A DNA stretch of 38,189 nucleotides, taken from the NCBI GenBank assembly GCA_001655205.1, contig LPNZ01010304.1, forward strand, positions 1 to 38,189. The letters are read 5' to 3'. Shown piece by piece: positions 1-13,300 of the stretch. This stretch comes from Lenisia limosa. Lineage: Eukaryota > Protista > Breviatea. The position numbers and the translations under genes are program-made. The notes below the pieces were generated by a model that was not told the DNA's origin, made no database searches, and saw nothing but the letters and a program-made list of their open reading frames with translations. The first letter of the stretch is position 1; each line of letters begins with the position of its first letter.

Positions 1-3000
1 ATATCTATCACCACTCTAAGTGTTAGCCCACTGACTGCATTGCGCCTCATGACACACTTCACATTTGCTGCAGTGTTTATTGCAACTACCACAATTCTTA
101 GGGTCTTCCCAAACATCAATGCAGAAGTCTCCACAACGCTTTTTGCGATGGGCACAATCACAGACAAACTTGCCGTTTCTGGAGGAGCAAACCTAGAATA
201 TCAACCAATACTAATTGTGACGTACTTCATCCTTCTTCTTACAACACAAAGGCTCATCAATGTCCCATAGAGGACAGGGGAACTCATTGCTATTGCATTT
301 TGTCTTCTCAACACATTCTAATGATGGTAACGCAGGAAAGTTCCCAAACTGTCATTAACACAGAGGTAGCCGTCATGACAGCATTTCTTGCCGCAAACGG
401 GTTCGCCGTCAAGACATACACACATTTTACGCAGGAAGTCACAGGTCGAGTAATCAGGACATTGAAATCCACAAGTGAAGCAGTTTTGATTAGAGATTGC
501 TACACACTTGCCATGACACTCAATTTCTCCTGCAGCACATCCACAGTTGCCACTGGTACAAACTTGGGTTTAAGAGGAATTATTCTAAAGAAGCACCTAA
601 TTAACCTACTGCACTTGCCAAATTTGCACTGTTCTCCTTTTCTGCACGTCCGACCACATTTTCCACAGTTGTTGAAATTTTCAAAGAACCACTTGTATGT
701 AAGAAATGAAGCTCAAATGACGCTTACTGTTTTGCTTCTACACTTTTCATTGCATTCTTTTTTGCCGCTATCACATGCGCAACGATACTCGTAGGAAAAT
801 GAAGACTGAAGAAAGTTTAAGTGGTGAATGATAATTATTTTTTACCTTCTTCTTGCAAATCTGGTCACTTCTGCAGCAGGATCCGTCTTTGCAATTGATA
901 GCATTCTCGGGGCAATCTTCTTTACATTTACCCCAAACACATTTTGTATATTTTGGACACTGATGGCCACTGAAGGTTGTGTCAACATAATGTTAGGTCA
1001 TACCATTTGCCACAATTCTTGTCATCAGAGAAGAGTTGACGTTTTGGAACTATTGGGTAATTTCACGGATTTTTGACACAATTCTTAGCTTACTGCATTT
1101 GCCTTTGCAATTGACATAGTTACTTTTACATTTGCAGTGGTATTTACCTTTCTTCTAGCAACTTCAAACCACTTGGTGACTTACCTTTGTGCACTCCTCA
1201 GTGTCTTTGTCACAACATGTTTTCTTATCAAGACATGTGAGTTGGGAAGTCAAACATCCCTAAAAGGTAATGTATTGACAATTACAGTAGCTAACTTTTG
1301 TACAGGATCCGTTAATACAATTTTCATCTGATGCGCATTTGTTTTTGCATTTACCGCAGTTTTTATTCCATGATAAATAGGACTTAGGATTTACTACATG
1401 GTCATGGTTTTTCAAGCTGAATTATAACATACCGCATTTGCCTTGACAAATCTCATTTGGCTTGGCACAAACACATGTGTAGTCTCCCACAAAGCTACTA
1501 TACTCGCACACTTCATTTCTGAAAACAATGAAAAGGAGGGCATCTTACTTTTTACAGCACAATGTGTGTTTTTGTGGACAGATGTTCTCTCCTGCTTTAC
1601 AATTCGGAACTAATAGGATAATGATTTAAACGATAAAAGCAACAATTAGAGCGCATACCACATTTCTCCGCCTGAATACTGCAAAATTCCGTTGATCTGC
1701 AACGCTTCCCGCATCCGTAGCAGTTTTTCTTGTCAATCTAAGCAGTCACAATTATGATCAGGTGTCGATTTCAAATACAATACGCTACTTACATTAATAC
1801 ATTCACCATCACATTTGATTTGATTTTCATTGCAACGATCGCACTCAAAACTTTTGCAAACTAAATGATTAATAACAAGCAATACACATTGGGACAATTA
1901 TTCAGGTCAACAAACCACAAAAACGATCCTCGCATTTGAAGCCTTTTTCACATTTATTTCCACAGAAACCGCAGTGATCGTCATTATTGAAGAAGAACTA
2001 AGCATATTTAACGATAATAGCCGGCCTACTGGAATAGTTCTACATTTTCCTTCGCACTCTACATTGAAACCTAAACATCTACAGAAAGCTTCCTGAACAG
2101 TGACCAGAGCAAAGTACGATGATTATTCCTAGTTCCACGTTACCGACTTTTCCATTGATGAGGCACTGTTCGTCTTGGCGACAGCAAAATGTCCCAGTAC
2201 CATCAGGTGGACAAGGTTTAAGTCCCTGAGATGTGCATTCTTCAACGCATTTGCCATTCTTGCAACTTCCAGAGGGACACGTAATTCCACTGCAATATTA
2301 CGATCCAGACATTAAAACGCTAACCATTCGCCACAATTGTTCGGATCATTCTCAAATGATTTGGTTTTGACTACAGTTTACAATGGCAAAACTAATCTTA
2401 CTGCAGGTTCCACTACATTGAGTATAGCCTTCAATACAACGACAACTGTAGGCTGAACCATCCTTTATGTAAGTAACTTTGACTATCTCAAAATACCTTG
2501 TGGCACTCTTCTGAGCTTTTAACGCAACAGGTCAAACCATCACCACAAAGTGTCTCATACGGCCTGCAAATCTACATCTTTAAGCCAGAAACCTTGCCTT
2601 GCTTACTGGCTTGCAATCGCCCTCAATACAATGCGAACCCTCAGGACAGACAACACCACATTCACCACAGTTGAAATCGTCAGACTCAAAGTCGTCAAAA
2701 GACTCTGAAAATGTTATTTGACAAATTGAGAGTTGCTACTCACTGCAGTCTTCACCACAAAGTTCAAATGGAGGGTTGCAGTGGCAAATGGCATCACCAT
2801 TTTTGTCCAGAGAACATTCCGTGTTTCTTCCACAGCAAACATCCTGATCCAGTGGGCAAACCGTTTCACCAATATCTTCATCACATTCAAATTCTAGGAT
2901 TATCAACCCAAACCATTGGGCTTACTGCATAAACCATTGATGCATTCATTTGTCCCAGGGCAAACGTTCTGACAAGATCCACAGTTATTTTCATCTGTCA

Positions 3001-4252
3001 TGAAACTTTCTTCAAGAACTGGATTGTGAGACCAAAGCTTGAGGGATATTTGTCTCACCGCAACTTCCGCTGCATTCAATGTAGAGACCGGGACAAACAC
3101 AGATGGCAGGGCCAGCAAATGACTAAAAAGGAGTGAACTGTGATAGTAGTTAGCTGGTTACAAGACTTCCTAGCACCCCATTACAATCACGCATATTTGA
3201 TCTTCACGGCAGCAGAGATCAGGGTCAAGAGGACACACAACCTCATCAGAATCACACACCTCTCCAGGGGTACGGCAGTTACCTTCCCTACAAACCTAAA
3301 CAACTGTAAGACTGTTGTGACATCTTATGTCATGTGATGCAGCCTCAAACTTCTCCTTCTTTACACTGATTAGAACACGAGCCACAATATTTTGGGTTTG
3401 TCGTGACGTCAACACATCGACCAGAAGACTTACAATAAAGCTCAAATGGTTTACAGGCTTGAACAATCAATTTGCGACACAAACCGACCAGGAGGAACGC
3501 ATTTACCACTACTGCAAAACTTCCCATGACGGCAACGGTTGAAGCAGCTTCCGCTGAACATGGTATTATGATTGTTAATTTCCTTTACAATATTTGATTC
3601 TTACCATCTGTGGTTAGAATTCAATGGTTGACATGTTGTGCTTGTGTCACAAATCCCATATCCTGGAGAACAAGCTGGAAAGTGAACACAAAAGGCACCA
3701 GTTTACAAATGCATTGTCCATAGCGACATTCACTGTTGTAGCTACATTGGAAATTACAACGACCACAGTGATTCTTGTTTGTATTTGGGTTAATACACCT
3801 GGGAAAAAGGGTTGTGAAAAACAGTTTAATCAAAGTAATTTATCTTACATATCATTGCATTTCTTCAACCCGACAACGCCGTCGCATCCTGAATTATCAG
3901 AGTAAAATGACATGCAATCCTTTTACTTCTGATTGTCACAACAGTAAGACTTTACAAAAAAAGTAGTGAACTGCTCATACCATTTTGTTCACAACATTGT
4001 CCACTGATACATGTCTTTCCAACTAAAAAGTCATTTGAAATGAAGCCAATATCCCCCTCACATCCACAACTGTAACTACATGACCCGCAATTCCAGGCAT
4101 TTGTCATTGTATCAATTCCCCAACAACTCTGATCTGACTTTTCTAGGAGTAAGTAAAAACACTCTCTTCAAACTTGAAGACTTTGCATTCACTTTCAATA
4201 ACAAAATCAGTATCAATACCCATGATAGTAGGCTTGTGGTAGCCTTCATCAT
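1..4252 (-). CDS. Secreted cysteine-rich protein with at least ~12 STIG1-like repeats (C-x-D/N-x3-D/N-x2-NCG-x-C) alternating with Cys-rich spacer modules; many short introns; 3' end outside the window
   Basis: Spliced start from ATG 4252: MMKATTSLLSWVLILILLLKVNA (signal-peptide-like), then KSSKKSDQSCWGIDTMTNAWNCGSCSYSCG, CINPNTNKNHCGRCNFQC, CVDVTTNPKYCGSCSNQC, TDENNCGSCQNVC, FESDDFNCGECGVVC, ENDPNNCGEC and, near the left edge, CIDVWEDPKNCGSCNKHC. GT-AG introns of about 31-100 nt keep the frame in the portion traced. Confidence 0.85.
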
Positions 4253-5020
4253 TATCTGAAAATGAAGTAAATCTCTCGCTGTCGCACAAATCTACAGGAA
4301 TATGACTTGGTCTATTTATTGCTATATTTCACTTCTTCCACTTCTATTGTTCTTTTAGACCAGTTTTAGCAGGTTTTTTTGTTGGGGTTAAGATCCTCAT
4401 AAAAGGGGAAGGGGAGTACCTTCCTGTTTTGGTAATTGTCAAATTGCAACTAACCGAAAGCGTAATTGCATCCCCACGTTTTTTCATTATAAATAGCGAA
4501 AAGCACAACTTCCCTGTTCACCGGCGGGTCTAACTCCGATTTCATCTTCTTTTATATCTGGAACCAGAGAGGACCCGGCGGCAGATCGGGAAACAACAAC
4601 AATCCGAAAATGAACAAATAAGGAAACTTTGAGCCATGAGGTGTGTATATCTTTTGCCTTTCTATACTACCTTATACCTTATACTACCCAAGGAGGGTTG
4701 TGTGAGGTTTCTTATGGGACTCCCCAGTGCATCGGAGACTTTCTGTTTCTAGGGTGAATATACCCCCAGATTATTGAATGCATAAGTTTCAAAGTTCAAT
4801 GTGAGCAGCCCCACAAACTTGCTGCCTGTAACATAAACACAGGCGTAACCACAGGAAAGGAGGAGGAAAGAAACGAAGAGGAGAGGTGAACCCGAGCCAG
4901 TAACCTTCTCCCTTATAGTGCCCTGCTACAATAGCGTCCTCACAACGACACTAAGAAGCTGGCACCGACACCCATTTACGTCTTCCCTGCACCACCAACC
5001 TTTCATCTATCATTCGTAAA

Positions 5021-6699
5021 ATGATTGTTCTTGTGTTACTCTGTACTATCTTTGCTCAACTTGCTGGGGCGATTGTCTACAATGTATCAGGAACCCATGT
5101 TGTTGGAGATCTAGCTGTCTCTTCAGTGTCTTTCGCAGATTCCACTTCAGGTGAGAGGGCCATCATTTGGTGCAACTTTGTTTTATGGACAGGCTTTCAC
5201 CGCATAGTTGACACAGCACCACCAACAGCTGAAGAGGTCACTGCTTTGATTCAAGCTGCAGTGACACAGGCCAAGGATGAGATGAGTAGGGGGGATGAGG
5301 AGTTACCGCACTGTCTTATCTGACTGTGGTTGTTATTGATCTTTTAAGCTGAGTCCCTGATCCCGGTTAGAATGAACTTGGAAATGACTTTGGCATCATC
5401 AACGCCGTCTGTTGCTTTTGACGGTTGGTTGAAAACAATTCTAAAACTCCAGGCGGTGGGTATTTATCACATGTTTGAATATACTGGAGGTGATAAGATA
5501 CGGTGCTGCAGAAGTTTGTTTGTTTTGTTGTTCTCAACCCTTGTGTGTTTTTTTTTTCTCGCATTACCACTTCTCATCAAAAAAGGTTGGACATTAGCTA
5601 CAGGAGGTGGATCCTGTACCGCTGTTCAGCATCAAGTTGTATGAGGGATATATAATGCCATTCTCAGAATGTTGGAGAGTTTTTTTTTTTACAATTTCTG
5701 ATTACGATTGTGTTACCCCATCGAGGCAATAGTCCATATCATATACGTTCTTGTAACTGGGGTAGATTGACCGCAATGCACTACCTGGAGCGGAAACTGA
5801 AGGTTTGGAAATGTTTCTAATTTTTTTTATATTTGGGAAGGTGACATGAAATATATACCATATGATATATGATATTATAATTGTAGTTTATCTAAATACT
5901 ATACATTGATAACAATTTGTTTTCTTTCTTTTTTTATTATAACACAGGGTACAAGCTTCTCGCTTACATGAACCGCATCGCAACACATCATATCCAAAGT
6001 TTTGCGGTTTGTTTTGAGTATTCATCTTTTTTTTTTTTTTTTCAGTAAATCCGTTGCTCTTATTGTTCCAGATTTATGATATCACGTGTACAGCGACGTC
6101 CAATTTATACCCTGGACCATGGGCTCGGGTGTGAAGGATTATTGATATTTCCTCTCAAGTTTATATTATATCAAAAACTCTTGGTCCCCAGAGCCCATGT
6201 GCACATAGTGTTGTCGCTTCGCGCGATTGCACTTACCTTAATTTGCGTTGACAAACGCTTGTTTTTACTCATTACTCAGATTCCGACTTTCGGCCAAGCT
6301 AAAATGACTTTTGGAATGTTTTTCAAGAAACTGTCTGGAGATATTCGAGGTTGGTTTCGCTTTTTATTAATCAGTTTTTGAGTAATTCTTATATTTTAGG
6401 AAGTTTTGCGGATGACGCAGTTCTTGATGAATGGGTGTTGGCACTTGCCAAATATTCAGGACAGGAAAACGGCTACGATCATATTCATGCAAGAATGGAT
6501 GCTGGTGAGCGTAATCATCAGCACCTTCCTAGTGCTCTCTCTTACCTGATAGGTCAATCAGCCCATTACCTTGTTGCTCTTCCCGCTGTTGTTTATGGTG
6601 ATTTCAACCCAAGGTATGAAACTCAGTTTTTTGTTTGACACTGCCAGCCCATTTGATTGGTGGTTCTTCCCTTCATCGAATGAACGTTACGCACTTTGA
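5021..6699 (+). CDS. Secreted protein: signal peptide, helical/coiled segment, C-terminal domain resembling a phage tail-fibre distal domain; about 11-12 introns
   Basis: Spliced translation: MIVLVLLCTIFAQLAGA-IVYNVSGTHVVGDLAVSSVSFADSTSGFHRIVDTAPPTAEEVTALIQAAVTQAKDEMTESLIPVRMNLEMTLASSTPSVAFD...GWTLATGGGSCTAVQHQ-IDRNALPGAETEGYKLLAYMNRIATHHIQSFAIYDITCTATSNLYPGPWAR...IPTFGQAKMTFGMFFKKLSGDIRGSFADDAVLDEWVLALAKYSGQENGYDHIHARMDAGQSAHYLVALPAVVYGDFNPSPFDWWFFPSSNERYAL* (TGA 6697-6699). Terminal exons are phase-consistent; the junctions near 5424-5490 and 6130-6210 are uncertain. The gene call is solid; the homology is from recall. Confidence 0.75.
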
Positions 6700-6793
6700 C
6701 GCCCTAATTATTATTATGCTAATGAGCATATTATATTTGTAGCACTGTTAGTTGAGTTGATATGTATTGACTTTTACTAACCGGTTGCCACCA

Positions 6794-9626
6794 TTATATT
6801 GGCTGTTGACCCCCAACCAGGTAGAAGTGTATGGAAGCCCTGTTGATAAAACCGATGGTCAAGATGAGACCAAGATCCAGATTAAGTATGTAGTTTTCCT
6901 CCAAGAGGGTTAGATATTGGACTATCAGAGTGAGAATGACGTTAGGGCCACTACATTATCACTGAGTCTACTACTATTAACCTATTAACAAAAGGAACCA
7001 CTATCCTCACATAAAATATATTTGGTATTAAACTATGTATGCTGGGGAGGCACGCAGAAAATTGTGTGCATCGAGTTGTAAATTATTGAGTGAACATTAT
7101 ACTATAATCCAATATCTCTTTATAATCATGATGGTGTGGACGACTTCGGCCAGATACATCCTTATTGTTTTATTTCTCATTGCTATATTATACTATATGC
7201 ATATATGTACGTACATATATCGATATAGCATGATTTGTTTATGATATCTACATAGTATATGTATATACTATCTGATATATAGTTTATTACATGTCGATAT
7301 AGTACATAGATGTACATAGTATCATGTCCAGATAATACAAATAAAAGCTATTTGAAAATGAGTTCAGCAGTGGCAACAAAATGTTTGCCTGTGTAGGCTC
7401 TCATTCCGAAATGGATATAGCCCCAAGAAGAGGGGGTCAGAGTCTGAGGGGTAAAGGTCAGAAAGACTTCACCTGAAAGCAAGGAAGCAGCACCCACTTG
7501 TTCAAATGAAGCCACGTTGACGTCATAGTTATTACTAATGAGCGTGTTACATCCGGCTGAGCAACTGACAGTGTGGTCCTATTTTAGGGTCAGATTACAT
7601 CAACAGCCCAAATTTGGTAACTCTTTACCCAAGGCTAATTCTAAACCCTACATCATAGTGATAGTGAATGGAAGAGTTTTCATTCGGGTTAGAACTGAAT
7701 TGGAAAGCAACACCAGGACTTGAGGTAGACACTGGATGGGTAAGAGTGAGACAGCTGAAAATAAAAATTGAACAAATACATGTATTATACAAATGATATA
7801 TACATACATATTATTACAGTATGTTTTTTACACAATTAAAGGGATCACGTCATACTTGGTTCAAAAAAAAAAAAAAAANNNNNNNNNNNNNNNNNNNNNN
7901 NNNNNNNNNNNNNNNNNNNNNNNNNNNNNNNNNNNNNNNNNNNNNNNNNNNNNNNNNNNNNNNNNNNNNNNNNNNNNNNNNNNNNNNNNNNNNNNNNNNN
8001 NNNNNNNNNNNNNNNNNNNNNNNNNNNNNNNNNNNNNNNNNNNNNNNNNNNNNNNNNNNNNNNNNNNNNNNNNNNNNNNNNNNNNNNNNNNNNNNNNNNN
8101 NNNNNNNNNNNNNNNNNNNNNNNNNNNNNNNNNNNNNNNNNNNNNNNNNNNNNNNNNNNNNNNNNNNNNNNNNNNNNNNNTGGACAGGGATATTGATAAC
8201 ATAAAGATATGACATGATATGTCAAGAGATATATTTTTATGGCACCAGAGAGAATCCCTTGTAACATCCTCTCATACCAAGGTCATTAGTCGCAACAATC
8301 AGATGGACCGCTATAAGAGGTTAGTTATGATCATAAATAGAGTATTTCCGTGTAAACATTTGAAGCGAAATTGTCAAGATATTTTGTTGTGTTTGCCAGT
8401 CTGGACCCACTTGTAATATGGACCCGTGTGTTAAAATCAAGGCCACAGCCACAGTGTGTTGTAGGGGGTGAGTCATCAAGACCACAATTGTAAGACAAAT
8501 TATCTGATGTGTTAGACCTTCTCAAAAATCAACTTAAAATAGTGACATAGACATAGTATAAAAACTATTTGCAACAGGGTCAAGGCCACTCACGATCAAC
8601 ATAGGATATGTCTCTACAAGTAGAAGAAACAAATCGATCCACTGTTCCTTGAGATAGTCTACTCCAGTTTTCTGTAAGGTGAGAACACAGTAATATTATC
8701 CAAAAGATTGACTTGTTAAGTACAAATTCCCAATATCATGAAAGCAATCCCTCCAACCTCCTAATGTGGCATGGCTAAAGCAGTCCAACTCATACATATC
8801 AGCTACATGGTGAAACTATTTATTCGTGTAATGAATCGTATCGCAAACGTCAGAAACGGAAGCACCCCTACAGTCAGGATTGCCGAAATTGAAGAGTCCG
8901 ACTGTTCCGGCTGGAAGGTCTGCACAGCTTTTTGCTGCTTAGATAAGATCTTCATATCAAAAGGATACTCAAGGGGCAAGACCCAACCTTGGTACACTGA
9001 CGGAAGTTGCCACTTTGCAATAGGGGTACCTGTGCATTCCACAGAAACCTGGTGGTAAGATGTTCAACAAATTCCACCAAGCAAAATACTCCTTCCTATC
9101 TTACAGTTGAGTTGGCGGCAAAGCCACTCGAAACACCTTGCACAGCACAATTTTGGAATCCCAACACGTTATCATAGGAGTCACAAGTAATGGCCAGGTA
9201 TGCATGAGAGGGCAAGGTATGACAAACAAGGTTGGAGTTCTAAATCGTCATTGGAAGGCTTGAAATATTCCTTCATTAACAAAGTAAAGTATCCCAACTT
9301 ACCAAATCCACTTGAGTACTCAAAGTATTGAATGCTGACTAAAACTGTCAAAATAGACCTATGTATGTACTATTTATAATCTAGTCTTATTAATACACTA
9401 CTATATCATATATGATATATAGATATATATATATATATATTATATACATATGATATATGATATTATATATAAATATCACAAAAATAAGTTGACTGCAGTC
9501 ACAATAAACAATAAACAACCCAAGGCCTTCGGAGGAATTATCAAACACTCCCTCCAAACGTAAGTTACTGGACTGCTTGGCACAGAAGGCCGGTCCACAA
9601 TAGAGACCTCGAAAAGCATCTCCCCT
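6794..9626 (-). CDS. Multi-exon beta-rich protein of unknown function; spans two gaps, start not located
   Basis: Exon-like segments bounded by GT/AG: GEMLFEVSIVDRPSVPSSPVTYVWRECLIIPPKALG; NSNLVCHTLPSHAYLAITCDSYDNVLGFQNCAVQGVSSGFAANST; VSVECTGTPIAKWQLPSVYQGWVLPLEYPFDMKILSKQQKAVQTFQPEQSDSSISAILT; ENWSRLSQGTVDRFVSSTCRDISYVD; CLTLTHPVSTSSPGVAFQFSSNPNENSSIHYHYDVGFRISL; putative last exon GPNVILTLIVQYLTLLEENYILNLDLGLILTIGFINRASIHFYLVGGQQPI*. No family recognised. Confidence 0.55.
7066..7151 (+). repeat. Dispersed repeat family B copy (ends in atgatggtgtggacgacttcggcc)
   Basis: gagttgtaaattattgagtgaacattatactataatccaatatctctttataatcatgatggtgtggacg is shared with 37732-37810 and 38109-38189. Confidence 0.75.
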
Positions 9627-10319
9627 NNNNNNNNNNNNNNNNNNNNNNNNNNNNNNNNNNNNNNNNNNNNNNNNNNNNNNNNNNNNNNNNNNNNNNNNNN
9701 NNNNNNNNNNNNNNNNNNNNNNNNNNNNNNNNNNNNNNNNNNNNNNNNNNNNNNNNNNNNNNNNNNNNNNNNNNNNNNNNNNNNNNTGGTGAAGAGAGAC
9801 TTCTCCTCTAACCACTCAAACACTCAAACACCACTTCATTTTATGGTTGTTCCAGCTTGGTTCCAGTTTTTCGTTGTTTTTTTTGTCTGTCTTGCGTCAC
9901 TTGCGTTCTTGCGCAAACCACCAGCCGCCCGCGTGCACTCGCGCCCACGCAACTTGGAAAGCTGTTGCAAAAAAACTGAAAAAACCAACAATTGTTCTCT
10001 TGGAAATCGAATGGTAACGTATCGAGAGTAATTCAGGTGTAATTAACTAATTAACCTTGAATTAAATTGAAGAGTGGAAGACTATTCTGCTCACAAAGAA
10101 GCCTCCGGAACTTTTTTTACGGGCTTTTCCCAAATGAATTTCCTTTTCTCATGTAGGGAGGGGGAGGGGTGGGTCATTTTTCAAAGATATATCTCCACTC
10201 CTAGACATAGACCTTGGAGGAATATACTTTAGCGTGAACTTTGGGTAGTAAATGTGCTTTCACCCTCCACCACACAGTATCGTTGCAATTATAACAACTA
10301 CCAACGGCTATTAACATTT

Positions 10320-13300
10320 CAGTTACCAGTGTGCTGTTGTTTGCGCTGGCTGTCGCAGCTCCCACTCTCTCAACTTCTGGCACTTCTATCTTCACTAGTC
10401 TTGAAACAGACTCCTTTAAGGTTTTTTTCGGGTCAACATGTCCCCCCCCCCAAGCTTCAAGTAAAAATTTCAGTCGAGTGGCTCTCTTGACATCGAACAG
10501 GCTTCACTTCGCTCTTCGTCCCTGATCTTGGTCTGTTTAGACCGGACTTGATATTTCCCTGGAACATAGAGTTAATTTATTTTTGTTGACGGAAAATCGG
10601 TATATGCAATAATCGTATTTGTAACCTCTCCCTTATTAATACCAGCTCTTGTGTTTTTCTCAATGCTGGCTCTGGGCTTTTTTCTCCTACCCCCTTTTCT
10701 CTTCTTCTTCCTCCTTTGAGCTGTTTCTCTTTTCCTTACCCCCCCCCCCCCCNNNNNNNNNNNNNNNNNNNNNNNNNNNNNNNNNNNNNNNNNNNNNNNN
10801 NNNNNNNNNNNNNNNNNNNNNNNNNNNNNNNNNNNNNNNNNNNNNNNNNNNNNNNTTTGGACACTTTAGTCAACACTGTCATTTCTGCCAACTCTGTTTT
10901 GGAATGCACTCTTCCTGCGGGCATGTCCGAGTATGCATTGGGTGGTGAATTCTATTACATTGATCAACATAAGACTTTTTTTTCAACAGACCCTTTGGAA
11001 ATAATTTGTCACACATGCATGTTGTATTGTACAAATTGTGCTTCGTTTTTTTGAAAACGGACACATTACAGTATCTAACTCTCCAGAATCACGGTACCGT
11101 TCACTATTCCTCAAGCAGTGTCAGGAAACCGCATTCAGATCAAGGGACAGGGACTTGGGGTATCCACTTTGAAGTACGCAAACTCCATACCTTTATATCT
11201 TTCGTTGTCATCCCTCATTTTTACCCTTCAGCCTTTTATATAACACCACTGGATATGAGCTTCCAGCCTCAAGTGTTATGGGATCGTCTGCCTTCAGTAA
11301 GGGGGTTTACTTTGGTTGAATCATTGGCAAGGGAAATAGGAAAAGTTGAATCTAGTATCTATATGTATACCATGCACACTCACAATAATGGCTTGAATCA
11401 GATTATTACATTTCAGGAGACCATACTAATGTGTTAATTCTTCAGCCGGACTCAACGTTTGGGACTCCTCTGTGACGTTTATCGACTTCACCATGCAAAC
11501 TACAACGACGAAGGTTATGGTCACTGCAATGCGTGCGCTTCTGGAGGTTGAGGTTAGGAGAGGGAATGTCTTTGTGACATTGCAAATATAGTGAGTATTG
11601 ATGACAAAACAGGAAGTTGCGTTTGCGCCATCCACAATTTCTGATAGTGTTGCTATTGACGCGCAGTTCTCCAAAGTCATTACTTACAAGGCTTCAGTAG
11701 GTGGTTAATTTATTCAGATACTATATTTCATGAACTTCTCGTATTCTTTGCTTCTCAATTTATCTTCAGATTACCCAAGGTGATTACGGAATAGTCTGCA
11801 AATCGTCTACTTGTGATATCAGAGTGAGTTATTATAATTGTTGGACCATTTTGAGGTAACAATGCCAATCTTATTACTCTCAGTACACCACAACCACATG
11901 TAGCGATACTGGCATACGTTCTATTTGGAACTCAGCAGTAACTGTGACTAGCGGAAATATCGGTGGATTGATTAATGCAATGTAAGTGGTTTCCACAATA
12001 AAGGTACTCATTTCAGACCCCTATATTTTGTCATCTTAACTGTCTAGTAAAGCCAAAACTGGAACTGTTAATTTTGTATCGTCCGCTGTGACCTTGACTG
12101 CACAGCAAGACACCCAAAGCTCTTATGGATTAAACGTAGAATCGGTAAGTGCTATTTAATTCGGCTTCAACTAAAACAACTCATTGAAACTTTAATCTAC
12201 CGTTGTTTACTCACAGTACTGCCTTCACTTTTGCAGGTTAAGGTAGATATTGAGATTGACCTTATTATTTTGGGGCAACTTCTTTTGAAAGGGTAAAGAG
12301 GGTAGTAGCATTACTCATGCATGTAATATATCATACTATGTATATTTTGTTTCCCTGAACATCGGTTCCGATCCCAAATTTTGAGAGAACCGTTCCGGTC
12401 CTTGATCGGTCCAGTCTTTTATGGGAATCAACCGGTCCAGTCCGGTCCGGACTGACTCGGGACCGGTTCAAGATATATCATATAGTACATAATATATTAA
12501 ATACATCCTATCATCCACCTTCCATTTCCTCGGATTTGTTTTCTCACAGTTATCATTTTAAAATCGATAGTATGATGTTTGTACAATTGAAAGGACCGGT
12601 CTTGTCTGGTCCAGTCTTTTGATGAGTTTAGAACGGGTCCGGTTCGGAACGGACCGAGACCGAGGGAAGCACTACATATATATGATATATATATATATAT
12701 ATGTGGCTCCGGACATCATTCAAAATTCCCGGACACATCAAAACTCGCGGACAGCTTGAAGTTGACACCTTGTATAGGCCATTGCTAGTGTTTTTTTGAA
12801 AAAATGCTTCGACAGATACATAGAGAAATGGACCTCCTAATGTTCCCTAACTTTTTTTCAATTTTGAGCAAATGTCAAAATTTTGTGAATTTGGTCTCCC
12901 GGGGGTCCCCCTTTTGCCTTTTCACAGGATTATTTTCTGAANNNNNNNNNNNNNNNNNNNNNNNNNNNNNNNNNNNNNNNNNNNNNNNNNNNNNNNNNNN
13001 NNNNNNNNNNNNNNNNNNNNNNNNNNNNNNNNNNNNNNNNNNNNNNNNNNNNNNNNNNNNNNNNNNNNNNNNNNNNNNNNNNNNNNNNNNNNNNNNNNNN
13101 NNNNNNNNNNNNNNNNNNNNNNNNNNNNNNNNNNNNNNNNNNNNNNNNNNNNNNNNNNNNNNNNNNNNNNNNNNNNNNNNNNNNNNNNNNNNNNNNNNNN
13201 NNNNNNNNNNNNNNNNNNNNNNNNNNNNNNNNNNNNNNNNNNNNNNNNATTCGGGAGTTTTGATGTGTCCGGGATTTTGAATGATGTCCGGAGCTTTGAC

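Noticed and set aside
4560-4940. Possible small plus-strand gene (GLCEVSYGTPQCIG...VQCEQPHKLAAC)
   Set aside because: The exon-like pieces could not be joined in a consistent phase. It may be real but is unsupported.
9845-9990. GC-rich core with imperfect inverted flanks (possible foldback element)
   Set aside because: Complementarity is weak and mostly A/T runs, with no TSD or second copy. It may simply be promoter sequence.
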